Shown here piece by piece: positions 1 to 12,751 of a stretch of DNA of 64,000 bases. How positions within the stretch are numbered: the stretch's first letter is position 1; the number at the start of each line of letters is the position of its first letter. Source of the stretch: Azolla caroliniana. Lineage: Eukaryota > Plantae > Polypodiophyta. The translations under genes were made by a program, and so were the position numbers. Below the pieces are notes generated by a model. The model saw nothing but the letters and a program-made list of their open reading frames with translations. It made no database searches and was not told where the DNA came from. Location: NCBI GenBank assembly GCA_043228905.1, contig JBHGNT010000002.1:11346001-11410000 (forward strand), in the 5' to 3' direction.

Positions 1-3000
1 ATGAACGGTTCCAGAGGGAGGACCGATACCGACCAGAACGTGGGCATCGGTACAATGAGAGAAGACGCGACAATTATGGGTGCGATTGCAACAACCGACG
101 CAAGGAAGGCCACAATCGAGATCGATATGAACGAGACTACTCATCGGATTATGACCAGAGAAGGGATGCTTATGACCGGGATTGGTATGATAGGAACCAA
201 GATTATAACGGTGACATGTATGGTCGTGACTACTCTCCAAGCTACAACCAGAGGAGTGAGGACCAATGAGAAAACTACGAAGACCAGCATCGACAGGGTT
301 ACAAGAACAGATGCTTTCTTAAGAAACGGAACTTTCGGAAAGAGTATAGTCGGGAACCGGCAAAGGAGTACCATCGAGGGCTGGATAGAGGCATAAGTGC
401 CGCCCAATTGGAACAAAGAAGAAGAGAAGAACCTCACCGAGCGGTAACTGAATTTCAACAGGGTACCGAAACAAAAGTAGAATCTAGCAATACCTGGAAG
501 GCGTATTTCTACTATTGCCACTAGGAGGGCTATTAAAGCAACCAATGCTCGGTTAAAAGGAACGAAAAACGGCCGGCAATCAATATGGTGGTAGCAAAAG
601 TAGCGGATATACAGCAAGTCACCAACAGATCAAAAGGAAAGATGGCGGAGTGGGAAGCACAAAAGTCCATACGAAAACAAACCACCGAATAGATTGAAAA
701 GGCCAATGAACGCAATGTGACCGAAATGAAGGAGCACACGAATGTAGTGGAGGAACTCACTGTAAAGGCACAGCCAACCGGAGAACCCCACGTGGCAAGC
801 ACTTTAGGAATGCCAAATCACGTTACCAATGGACCAGTTATTGTAACTAGTGCCCGGTTCACCAACGGGTTGAAATCGGCGATGGCTCCATTAAGTCCTG
901 CATTGGCTCTGACATTCTTTTCAAATCCAAAGGAAGAACCGGCAATGGTGGAGACCAGCGGTCATGCAATCACTACGATAGTCGATGGCGGATCAGGACT
1001 AAACGTGATAAGCCTCTGGACATGCGACACTTTGACAATTCAAGAGTGGGAACCATGCCCAATCTGGCTCCAGATGGCGGACACCAGCTCAGTCCGACCG
1101 GCTGGCTTGATCTGGGACTTGGAGGTGATGATAGGAGGTCATGCTTTCCGAATTTCTATGTTAGTCCTCCCGTTGAACCCTCAAGGGGCATACCCACTGC
1201 TACTAGGACGACCATGGTTGAGGACTGCCCATATCAAACAAAACTGGCAGAAAAATAATACTACGTTCCGAAAGTAAAAGTACCCATGCAACTGCAAGCA
1301 GGCCCATGCAAAGACGTAACCCCACTATATGCCGAAAGCGTGAACATGCTAGCAGGACTGGCCGGCCAGGAGGTGGATTGCTACCTTGAAGAGAACCTAA
1401 GGATAGTCCCTTTGTTCGAAGTGGACGTGGCAAAAGCGGTATCTTCATACATTGTGCAAACGGAAGAGGCCGAGGAGGAACCGGATAAGGATGCACTCTG
1501 GGAACTGCGGCAAGTGCAAGAGGACTTGGAACGGGAAATGGCGGTATCCCAACGAGTAAAGGTGTCCCAACTAGAAGAAGTAAATTTGGGCACCGGAGAG
1601 GAAGCGCGTCCGGTACATGTGGCCAAGGAGATGTCACCAGAAGACAAATCGGCAATGATAACATTATTAAAAGAATTCCGGGACGTATTCACTTGGTCCT
1701 ACGAAGATATGCGGGGACTTGATCCCCAACTCTATCAACACCAGATTCACCTTAGCAAGGATGCTAAGCTGGTGGCACAACGACGCTATCGAATGAAACC
1801 AAACTACGCGGCAAGAGTAAAAGAGGAAATTGACAAGCTGCTCCGAGTCGGCTTTATCCGGCCGGTGAAGACAGCGACTTGGCTAAGTCCAATTGTCATA
1901 GTGCCGAAGAAGAACAACAAGATCTGTGTCTGCGTGGATTACCAGAAATTGAATGCGGCAAAGCGGCAACGGTTACTGACGCATTTCCGCTTCCGTTTAC
2001 GGATGGAGTTTTAGATGCGGTAGCCGAGCACGAGGTTTATAGCTTTCTCGATGGTTTCAACGAATATAACCAAATAAGGATGCACCCAGACAATCAAGAA
2101 AAGATGGCATTCGTGACAGAATGGGGAGTCTTTGTAGCAATTGAAATGATGTTCGGACTCAAGACGGTGCTGGCAACCTTTCAGAGGATTATTATGGAGG
2201 TATTTGGAGAATTCATACCAGTGTTTATGCAAGTATTCCTGGATGACTTCGCGGTATATAGCCAGAAAGGGAAACACCTCGACCATCTCAGGTTATGCTT
2301 GGAAAAGTGCAAAGGATACCGGTTAAGCTTAAACCTGGCAAAATGTGTCTTCGGTGTGACCAGCGACACATTGTTGGGTCATATTGTGAGCAAGGAAGGG
2401 ATTGTCATGGACCCGGATAAGGTCAAGGTTATTTTGCAAGCACCGGCACCGACGACCGCCAAGGCTTTAAGCCAGTTCTTAGGATAGATCCGGTGGCATA
2501 GCCGGATGCTCCGGTACTTGGCAGACCTCGCCACGCCACTACATGCAGTTGTACACCAGACACCGTTTAATTGAACAGAAGAAGAGGACAAGGCTTACTG
2601 CGCATTCAAGGTAATGTTTTCACAAGCACCAGTGGTACAACCCCTAGACTGGTCAAAAGAGTTCCATGTCTTCGTGGACGCGTCAGATATCACAATTGAC
2701 AGTGTACTCATGCAACTTACCGAACCGAAGTGGTACTGGCCGGTGTACCACGCTAGCCAGAAGCTGTCAAAGGTGGAGCGGAATTATTCCAGTACGGAAA
2801 GAGAAGCCCTAGGAATGATATATAGTGTCATGAAATACCGACATTCTTTGTTGGGCCGCAAGTTTTCATTCCATGTAGACCATTCAACACTTTTATACTT
2901 GGTCTCGAAGGCATCACTCACCGGCAAGCTGGCCCGGTGTACATTATTATTACAAGAATTTGATTTTGAGATCTTTCATTGGCTAGGTATACAACATGCG

Positions 3001-4355
3001 GTTGTCAATTACTTGAGCTGGTTAGAATCCGGAGAGACTGGTGACGGCGTTCAAGATGAATTTCCAGATGCCGCATTTTTTAAAATTACAGTGGAAACCA
3101 CGGTAGATGGGACAATTGCGGACGAGGACAAATGGCTATTGAATATGCACCAGTTCTTAAGCACAGGAGTACCCCCAGAGGAGATGAACCGGTATGAACG
3201 TAAACGGTTGGCGGTGCAAAGCGGACACTTTTGTCTAGTGCGGGATACACTATATCATAAAGGAGCGGATGGCATATGGTGGCGAGCGGTTCGGAGTGAT
3301 GAGAAAAACACCATTTTATGGGAAGCGCATTGTGGGGTCGCCGGAGGACATTATGCCCGTGAAGCTACGGCAAGGAAAATATGGCACAACGGCTTATGGT
3401 GGCCAACGACACTAAAGGACTCGGTCCAATATACGAAGGAATGTGATCTGTGTCAAAGAATGGGCCAGCCAACGGAACAAGCACGCATGCCGCACCAGCC
3501 AGTACTACCTCTAGAGAGCCATTCCGAAAATGGGGGTTGGACTTCGTTGGACCATTGAAGCCACCGGCTATGCGAACCAACAACAAGTACATAATTTTCA
3601 CCACAAATTACTGTACAAAATGGGTGGAAGCCAAGGCACTAAGTGACAATACCGCGGCGTCAACAACAAAGTTCCTTTACGAGTACATTTGGTGCCGGTA
3701 TGGATGTCCAATCGAATTAATCAGCGACCAAGGTGGACACTTCCTCGGCCAAGTGGTGGAAAGCCTAACAACATTTTATGCGGTCGTACACAAGAGAAGC
3801 ACCCCTTATTAGCTGCAGGCCAATGGATTGGTCGAGTCCACCAATAAAACTCTGCAGAACATTCTCCGGAAGATTGTCAATGAGAACAGAACCGATTGGG
3901 ATACAAAGCTACACAACGTCTTATGGGCTTATTGGACGGCAGACAAAACAAGTATCCGGATAACACCATTCTGGTTAGCGTTTGGTCTCGACGCGGTGAT
4001 GCCAATTGAATTCCAGATTCCAAGCTTACGAATACAGGTCCGGGAGTGGCTGAGCGAGAAGGAGTTGGAAAAAATCCAGTTAACAGCATTATGCAAGCTA
4101 GAGGAGCACCGAATAGCGAGCCTAATGCAGATGGAACTCGAGCAACAACAAAGGAAAGCATTCGTCTACCGCCACCGGAAGGGTAACGAGAAGATGTTTG
4201 GCATCGGCAAGCTAGTACTAGTGTTCCAGACCCGGATGGGCAAGATGTCGGGGAAGCTACGGTTCCAATGACTAGACCATATTGGATAACGCGAGAGTTC
4301 AATGGCTCATATCAACTGGGAACGCTAGCCGACGAGGTGCTGGACAAGTGGGCAA
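1..4355 (+). pseudogene. gag-pol of element A (gag C-terminus, protease, RT, RNase H, integrase), disrupted
   Basis: PR IVDGGSGLN; RT WLSPIVIVPKKN, FLDGFNEYNQI, VFLDDF; RH FHVFVDASD...YSSTEREAL; [37 protein letters not shown]. Several stops and frameshifts. Confidence 0.92.
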
Positions 4356-7280
4356 ATGGTGCCAAGCATGGGAACACGAGATCTTCGCCTCGCAGAGTCT
4401 CTTTCATTTCACGAACATAGAGCACCGAGCGCACAAAGGACAATACAAGTGAGCAGATGGATGCAAGAAGCACAGACAAGCACATCGGCCCTACCTACCC
4501 CCGCAGAACCAGATGACAAGATGGAACCTATGGCACTTTCCGAAACAGCCAAGAAGTGGTTCAACCAACATGAGTTGGGAAGCTTCATGAGGATAGCAAA
4601 GGCACTGCCGCACGATGAAGCAGAAGAAGTTGTGCAGAAAATCGACACGGAGGTCATAATGGAGGAACCCATCCACGCGCTAATCAGACTATCGGAAGAG
4701 GGTATCTACTCGATCGAGAACCCTTCTCCTGAAACACTAAGCAAGTTTTTTGTCGAGTATTCCCTTGCTAGTAAGGCTCACCAAACATAGGGCGGCGAGG
4801 ACCCCTTGTTCAGAGAACTGGCTTGTGTTCTCCACGAGTATGGGTTAGTGTACCCCCAACCCCCAGCAATACCAAAGAACAAAGCCGGTTTCATCATTGG
4901 TACGTACATAGGGGTGCAAGTGGATTGGTCAGTAATCATCGCCGATTGTTTGCGGACGGCGATAGAATCAGTGCAGAACAACAAGAAATTATAGACCATG
5001 GCTCAATGGCTTACTCTTTTCGCGCCACCGGTGGAGCCGGTAAGGACTAAGAAGCGGGTACGAGTAACAGAGACCACGCCTAACAAACCTTCAAAATAGT
5101 AGCAACTCTTGGCCAAGCACACACCTAGATGGAAAGAGGGTAGCACCTCGTAGCAAGGGAAAGAACTGCCTAGCCGGAAGAGGCAAGCAGAGACAGAGAC
5201 ACCGGTGGAGCCACCAGTAAGGCCTCTGAAAATCAAGCTGTGCTGATAGGAACCAGACCCGGACCCCTTGGCAACGAAGATCAATATCAGGACCCCTGCC
5301 GATAACCTCCTATGTCGCCAGAAGCGTAGCGACACGAAGCAGAAGGGGGACAAACTAGGTCCGGTGAAGGACAGTGCACCGACACCCCGCTCCGAGGGAC
5401 CGGAGCCAAGGAAGGAGGCGGAACTGGTTCAACCAGAACTGATGAAAGAGCTGCCTATGCGGCAAGAAGCAACAGTGCCGGTGGTTCAAGAACCGGTAAT
5501 TGAATTGCCTACCTCACCGGGGCAGCAGGCACAACAAGAGCAGGAGTTGTCGCTACAATCAACAATCCAAGAAGGGCTTCTAGCGAAAACAGAGGCCATG
5601 CGACAACCAGAACCAGCACGACAAAAAGGCACCAACAGTCAATGGCTACGATGGATCGGCGAGCAGGTGGCCGGGGTTGTGTACCAAATAGAACTGGAGG
5701 AGAGATCAAAGGGGAATCGGTTGTTCAGCACAACCGAAGAACTTGAGAAGGTCCAGTCGAGGATACGGAGCATGGAAGCAGAAATTGTGCAGGCTAAAGA
5801 AAAGGCGTCTAACCAAGTAACAGAAGGACCAAGACTACCAAAACCGGTGGCTCCGGTGAATGAACATACTAGTAAGATGCCGGTAACTGAAATAGCACCA
5901 AATGCAAATAAGGCACAAGAATAAGAACTCACCACTCTTAGAGAGGAATTAGCAGACCAAGAGGCCTTAAGGGCTAGAGAACGAGACTTAAAGAAGGCGG
6001 CGGAGGAAGAGGAACGGAAAACGGTAGAAAACCTCCGAAAAGCCGAAGACAATCTACGGAAAGGTCATCAAGAATATGACCAATTGAAGGAAGAAAAAGA
6101 CAAGTTGTTGCAAGAAAGGAACAAACTCCAGCGATGGGCGGAAGTCAAGATCGAGTGGCTCCAAGAAGAACTCCAGCGATAGAAGGACTGTGAGGATCGG
6201 GCCCGACTCCAAATCAATCATAGGCTGAAAAAGAAAACGGAGGATTTTGACAGGTTGCACCAGGATCACAAGCACCTAGAGGCGGAACACAAGAAAGTGA
6301 TGGCAGAAGGTGACCGGCAACAAGAAAATATGCGGGAACTCCAGGATGAAGTCAATAGGACGACAACGGCATTGGCGGATGAAAGGACCAAGGGAGTCGA
6401 AGCGGTAAAGATGCTGGCAGAAGCGACAAAGGAAAAACTGGAGCTTACCAGGCAGCATCATGAGATGGCTCTAAACAGAGTTCAGACGACTTATTAGATG
6501 CAATTGATGCAATATCAGGGACAAGCTAAGGCAACCGCGATCCTCATTAAGCAATTGAAGGATGAAAAGCAGGCCATAAAGGAGAAGTCAAAGATGGGAC
6601 TTGATCGTATTCGAGATATTGTATTGACATGGAGGGACCGGACGAAGAAGTTAGTTGAATAAAGTTCAGTATAGTGGTGGTCCAATTGGGCAAAGTAGGC
6701 AACTGAGTTGTAGGACTTGCGAGCGGATGCGGAGAACTGGCAAAAGGACGGCGATAACTTCTACAAACTTGACGTGGAAAGCGTTGTGACCATACGACAG
6801 GAGTTATCGGATGACTTCCTATCCTTGGCCAAAGAGCAACTGGTGGTGGTGGGCAGGCTGGTGGAACAGCTGGATGACGACCAGTTGGATACCCAACTCC
6901 AGTTCGAGCGTTATGAACGGGAGCGGAGACAACAAATGGAGCCTAGAAGAACCGCGACAATTAACATTAGTGACGAAGAGAAATCTCCGAAGCAGACACC
7001 GAATGCAGCCGAAACTAGAGAAAGCCAGACAAAAGTAGCTCAAGAGGAGCAACCAAAGTTAGCCAACCCAAAAGATCCAGTGCAAGCCGGACATCAGGAG
7101 CCGGAGGAGCCCAGAACAGATGAGCCAAAGACAGAAGCCCAGAAGGGATGAAAGTTAGAAAGAACGAGCAAGCCAGAGAGCAACAACAACAACAACCACA
7201 AATACAAACGGAGCAACCACCCAACGAACCTCTAGAACCCTTAGACCAAAGCATTCTAGACATTTTGACAGATGTGTGAT
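4356..7280 (+). pseudogene. Extra sense ORF (ORF2) of element A: N-terminal globular region plus long E/K/Q-rich coiled coil
   Basis: YIGVQVDWSVII and RADAENWQKDGDNFYKLD match YEGNRVNWGII and RADAENRRKEGRGFYKMD in element H. Multiple stops. Confidence 0.75.
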
Positions 7281-7334
7281 AAAGGGCTAACCATGGGTTT
7301 GACGTACAATCTACTAACCCACGGGTGTGCCATG

Positions 7335-7830
7335 TGTTGGCCAGCAAGGCCAAAGGGCCGGTTAGAGTCTAGAATGTAAAAGGGGTATTTAATTAGGAAT
7401 AGGGAGTTGAAATTAATAAGTACTATGTTATTTTGAAATTAATAAGTAATATATTATTTTGAAAAGCGGATGGACGAACCCAGAATCGGTATGCCGATTC
7501 GGCTCCGGACCAGATCGTTGCGGGTTGCTAGTTGGCACCGGTTTGTAACTAAGTCGGAGACATATAAAAGGACCCGGCAAGAATGTAATCAACAACGGAT
7601 AATTAATGGAAGTGATGTTGTTTTACGTATGTTCAGTCTCTATCTGGTTACCGTCCTGTGCTTAATATAATTAATCTTATGCGTGTGTTACGATCATTAA
7701 CAATGTCGGTTGGGAACAAGGTAAGACCTATTCAATACCATGGTCTATCCATATCTCCCCGTACCACCCTTTGGTGAAGTGTTCCATAGGGACACCCTAT
7801 GTTAGGGCTTGTCCAGCCAAAGGTATAACA
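7335..7830 (+). repeat. 3' LTR of element A
   Basis: Starts TGTT, ends AACA, contains a TATAAAA box (~7564). Host Tcn1-like sequence resumes at 7831. The partner LTR is not in the window. Confidence 0.65.
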
Positions 7831-9850
7831 GTACGATCCCTAATAGTTTGAACCAAATTGGTCTTGAGGTTTGTATTGATCCTTCCATTCATACTAATGT
7901 TCTTATCCTTCCTTCCTCCAATACTATGGCAATTGTTAGCGCTCAAGAATACCAATCTGTTTTCTTGGAGCTACAATGCTTGAAAGAAAGGTTTGTCATT
8001 GGAACATGAAAATCAACGACTCTTGGGGGATCTTCAACAAATCTCTTTAGAAAAGCAGCAAGCACAAAAACAACATGGGGAGCTAGCGTTACATGTGCAA
8101 CAACTTGATGCAACCATTGTAGCATTGCAACAAAGACCAAGTAGTCAAGGAATTGATAAAGAGCCCAAGAGCGGCCTTTCTATGAAATTGAATGGAACGC
8201 GATCACAGTTAAGAGGATTTCTTATTGACCTCCATAGAAGATAATATAATCTATCTATGTATATCTCTCTCTCTCCTCTCTCTTGATTCTAACACACTGT
8301 TTCCCTTCTTAGTACTAATCTTCATTCTTCTCCTCTATCTTTAGTACTAATTCGCCTTGCCTCTAGTACGATCCCTGATAGTTTGAACCGAATTGGTCTT
8401 AAGGTTTGTATCAATCCTTCTGTTAATACTAAAATTCTTATCCTTCCTTCCTCCAATACTATGGCAATTGTAAGAGCTCAAGAATACCAATCTGTGTTCT
8501 TGGAGCTACAATGCTTGAAAGACAGGTTTGTCATTGGAACAAGAAAATCAACGGCTCTTGGGGGATCTGCAATAAATCTCTTTAGAAAAGCAACAAGCAC
8601 AAAAACAACATGGGGAGGTAGCGTTGCATGTGCAACAACTTGAAGCAACCATTGTAGCATTGCAACAAAAAGGATGAAGTACTCAAGGGATTGATAAAGA
8701 GCCCAAGATCGGCCTTCCTATGAAATTCAATGCAACGCGATCACAATTTAGAGGATTCCTTATTGACATACAAAGACAATAATTTAATCTATCTCTCTCT
8801 GTCTCTCTCTCTCTCTCTCTCCTCTCTCCTGATTCTCACACACTCTATCCCTTCTTAGTACTAATTTTCATTCTTCTCCTCTATCCTTTGTACTAATTCT
8901 CCTTGCCTCTAGTACGATCCCTGAAAGTTTGAACCGAATTGGTCTTGAGGTTCGTATTGATCCTTACGTTCATACTAATCTTCTTATCTTTCCTTCCTCC
9001 AATACTATGGCAATTGTTAGAGCTCAAGAATACGAATCTATTTTCTTGGAGCTACAATGCTTGAAAGAAAGGTTTTTCATTGGAACAAGAAAATCAGCGG
9101 CTCTTGGGGGATCTTCAAGAAATCTCTTTAGAAAAGCAGCAAGCGCAACAACAACATGGGGAGCTAGTGTTACATGTGCAACAAGTTGAAGCAACCATTG
9201 TAGCATTGCAACAACAAGGACGAAGTACTCAAGGGATTGATAAAGTGCCCAAGATCGGCTTTCCTATGAAATTCAATGGAACACGATCACAGTTTAGAGG
9301 ATTCCTTATTGACCTCCGAAGACAATAATATAATATATCTATCTCCCTCTTTCTCTCTATGTCTCTCCTCTCTCGTAATTATCACACACTCTTTCCCTTC
9401 TTAGTACTAATCGTCATTCTTCTCCTCTATCTTTAGTACTAATTCTCCTTGCCTCTAGTACGATCTGTGAAAGTTTGAACCGAATTGGTCTTGAGGTTCG
9501 TATCGATCCTTCCGTTCGACTAATCTTCTTATCCTTCCTTCCTCCAATACTATGGCAGTTGTTAGCAGTCAAGAATACCAATCTGTTTTCTTGGAGGTAC
9601 AATGCTTGAAAGAAAGGTTTGTCATTGGAACATGTAAATCAACGGTTCTTGGGGGATCTTCAACAAATTTCTTTAGAAAAGTAGCATGTGCAACAACAAC
9701 ATGGGGAGGTAGCGCTACATGTGCAACAACTTGAAGCAACCATTGTAGCATTGCAACAACAAGGACCAAGTACTCAAGGGATTGATAAAGAGCCCAAAAT
9801 CGGCCTTCCTATGAAATTCGATGGACCGCGATCACAATTCAGAGGGTTCC
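7831..9850 (+). repeat. Tandem array of ~540-bp units (about 4 copies) from the 5' region/gag start of a Tcn1-like element
   Basis: Unit start GTACGATC at 7831, 8366, 8912 and 9458. The translated motif EYQSVFLELQCLKERF recurs in each unit. Confidence 0.92.
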
Positions 9851-12502
9851 TTAATAAGGTACAATTAATCATTCAAATGCATCCTTCCTGATATCCCACC
9901 GATGCATCACCAGTGGACCTAGTAGGCACGTTGTTGAGTGGCTCAGCTTTGGCATGGTTCGCTACGTTGTTATAAAAAATATCTCCATTACTAAATAATT
10001 TTGAAGAGTTTATAAGCGAGTTTAATGCACGTTTTGGAGATACTAATAGCATAAGGACGACACTCAACAAAATCCGATGATTATGTCAAGGTGATCGTCC
10101 AACCTCCGCTTATGCAACAGATTTCTGTCTTCTTGCATCCAATATCCCCTGCGATGATCAAGCATTGATGGAGCAATTTCGATGGGGCGTACGAAATGAT
10201 ATCATAGACTTACTCCTGACTTTTCCCGAAGAACGAAAATCGTTCACAGAGGCAATCAGTCGAGCCATTCGATGCAATTACTGGCTTCTCGAACGTCGTT
10301 CAGAATGCCAATTACAAATGCTAAGGACTAGGTCAGAGCTCACATATGCCTCGGTCGTAGCAAAACCAATTGCAACGGAGTCATATAATGCATCTCCGGC
10401 CAATACTCCAACGTCATTGGAAATGGACACCACATGTCATTGTAGACCATTGTTGGAAGAAGAAAAGAAACAACGTTGAGCAAATCGATTCTGTCTTTAC
10501 TATGGAGGACCAGGGCATATCGCACTAAACCGTCGACATAGGCCAAGAAGATAGGTAAATCAAATAGTAGCTTGGATTAAACCTGATTCTATTTTCGTAG
10601 GAGTGTCAGCTAGTCCTAATAGTACTAATAGCCCAATACTATCGAAGAAATTTGAAGTTCTTAGTCATTTAGAAGAAGAGTTAAATGACTAAATCTAGCC
10701 AAAATAGGAGTTGTTTGGTTGGACAGCCCTAGATCTGTGCAACCCATTAGTGGTTCCATTCCCTCTAAGCATGTTAGCAATGTGTTCTTAGCTCAAGTAA
10801 CAATAAGTGCTAAAAGTACCCCTCAAGCACTTGTCATGCCACTCTTAGATTCCAGAGTCAATTCTTGATTCATGGATAGGAATTTTGCCCAAGCTCATCA
10901 AATATCCTTAAGAAAGCTTCCTTGCCCAACATCTGCAGTAGTCATTGATGGTTGCCCCATTACTTCCCGAAACATCGTAGAAGAGTTAGAGCCGATTTAG
11001 TTTGTCCTAGATAATTTGGTGTATGTAGTATCATTTAATATAATTAGTAGTCCAGAGCATCCAATTGTCTTGGGGTTACCATGGTTCTAATTACATAACC
11101 CAGACATAGATTGGAGAACAAAAGAAATCCGGTATCGACAAACCCAAGGATCTACTCATCAAATTTCAACCATTTCGATACGTCAATTGCGTGAAGAAGG
11201 ACACAAAGAATCAATGTATGTATTTGCAGTATCAATAATACCTTCCAACACCACTAAAGAGGAATCCATAGTTCAACTTCTAGAGAAGTATCGTTATTAT
11301 GCCGATGTGTTTGATAAGGTACAAGCCAATACTCTTCCTCACCATCGACCATAGGATTGTCCCATTGATTTACAACCATGAGAAGAGCCACCATGGGGAA
11401 CGATGTACAACTTGTCACCAACTGAGCTAGAAGTCCTTCGCGCCTACATAGAGGAGGATTTGGCAAACGGGTTCATTTGACATTCGAAATGTCCAGCCAG
11501 CGCACCCATTTTCTTTGTCAAGAAAAAGGATATATCACTTCGTGTCGTTATGGATTACCATGACTTCAATAAGGTCACCATCAAGAATAGGTATGCACTT
11601 TCCCTTATCTTGAGTCTTTTAGAATAGATTAATGGTGCAAAGTTCTTCACAAAGCTCGACTTACGAGGAGCATATAACCTCATATGCATCCGCCCGGGAG
11701 ATGAATGGAATGCCTCTTTTCGCACCCAATATGTGCACTTCGAGTATACGGTTATGCCATTTGGTCTCACCAATGCACCAACAATCTTCCGACACATGGC
11801 AAATGATATATTCCGAGATCTCTGGGATATCTTTTTGATCATATATTTGGATGATCTAGTAGTTTATTCCAAGACTCAAGAAGAGCATGATTCTCATGTA
11901 CTATTAGTACTAAAACGACTTCGAGAACATCGTCTTTCTGCAAAACTGGAAAAATGTAGTTTTGGGTGCAACCAGGTGGAATCTCTAGGCTGTCATCTCC
12001 TCGGAAGGCATCTCTATTGATCCAGCTAAGGTCAAAACTGTGCTAGCATGGAAGACTCCACGTTCATTGCGAGATGTGCAATTATTTTTAGGCTTCGCAA
12101 ATTTCTACCGCAAGTTTATACAACACTACTCGAAGCTTATGTTGCCTCTCACACAACTTACCAAGAAGGGGCAATCGTTTGTTTGGTCTAACTAAGCGAA
12201 CACGACTTTTGTGAGTCTTAAAAAAACATTTACAGCAGCTCCTATTCTCACTCATGTTGATCCGAAAAAATCGTTCATCATTGAGGCAGATGTGTCTGAT
12301 TTCACCATTGGTAGCATTCTATCACAACAAGGCGATGAAGAAACTATATCATGTGCCTTTCCACTCGCACAAGTTTGACGCCGCCGAAATCAACTACGTG
12401 ATACACGATAAGGAGTTGCTAGCAATAGTGGACTATTTTGCACAATGGAGGCCCTTTTAAGAGGGATCTTCTCATCAAATCACCGTAGTGTCTTACTCCT
12501 TG

Positions 12503-12540
<38 letters not shown>

Positions 12541-12751
12541 ATACACACACACAACTCATATCTATTCTGTTGCACAAAATCCATTTCTTGATTCATTACA
12601 TGGTATCAGAGCGGTTTGGTAGCTCCATCTAGCCCATCCGCATGTGTTGAGCTCTACACCGACGTTCAAGAAGAACCGGCTCATCGCTATCGTAGCTTCA
12701 CTACATAGCTCGCATTTGAAGAGAGACGAAGAAGAAGAATCGACATAATGA

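Larger units (their letters stand above)
1..7830 (+). mobile_element. Ty3/gypsy LTR retrotransposon A (non-chromovirus, Athila/Phygy/Selgy-like); 5' end lies outside the window
   Basis: Domain order gag-PR-RT-RH-INT, then an extra ORF and a 3' LTR (TGTT...AACA, 7335-7830). Collinear with elements C and H. Confidence 0.9.

Noticed and set aside
141-617. Hydrophobic antisense ORFs (also 20725-21392, 61607-62478) as membrane or env proteins
   Set aside because: They are shadows of purine-rich, charged sense-strand coding sequence, with no independent motifs.
7318-7332. tRNA gene
   Set aside because: Only ~15 nt resemble a tRNA 3' end; there is no cloverleaf and no A/B boxes.
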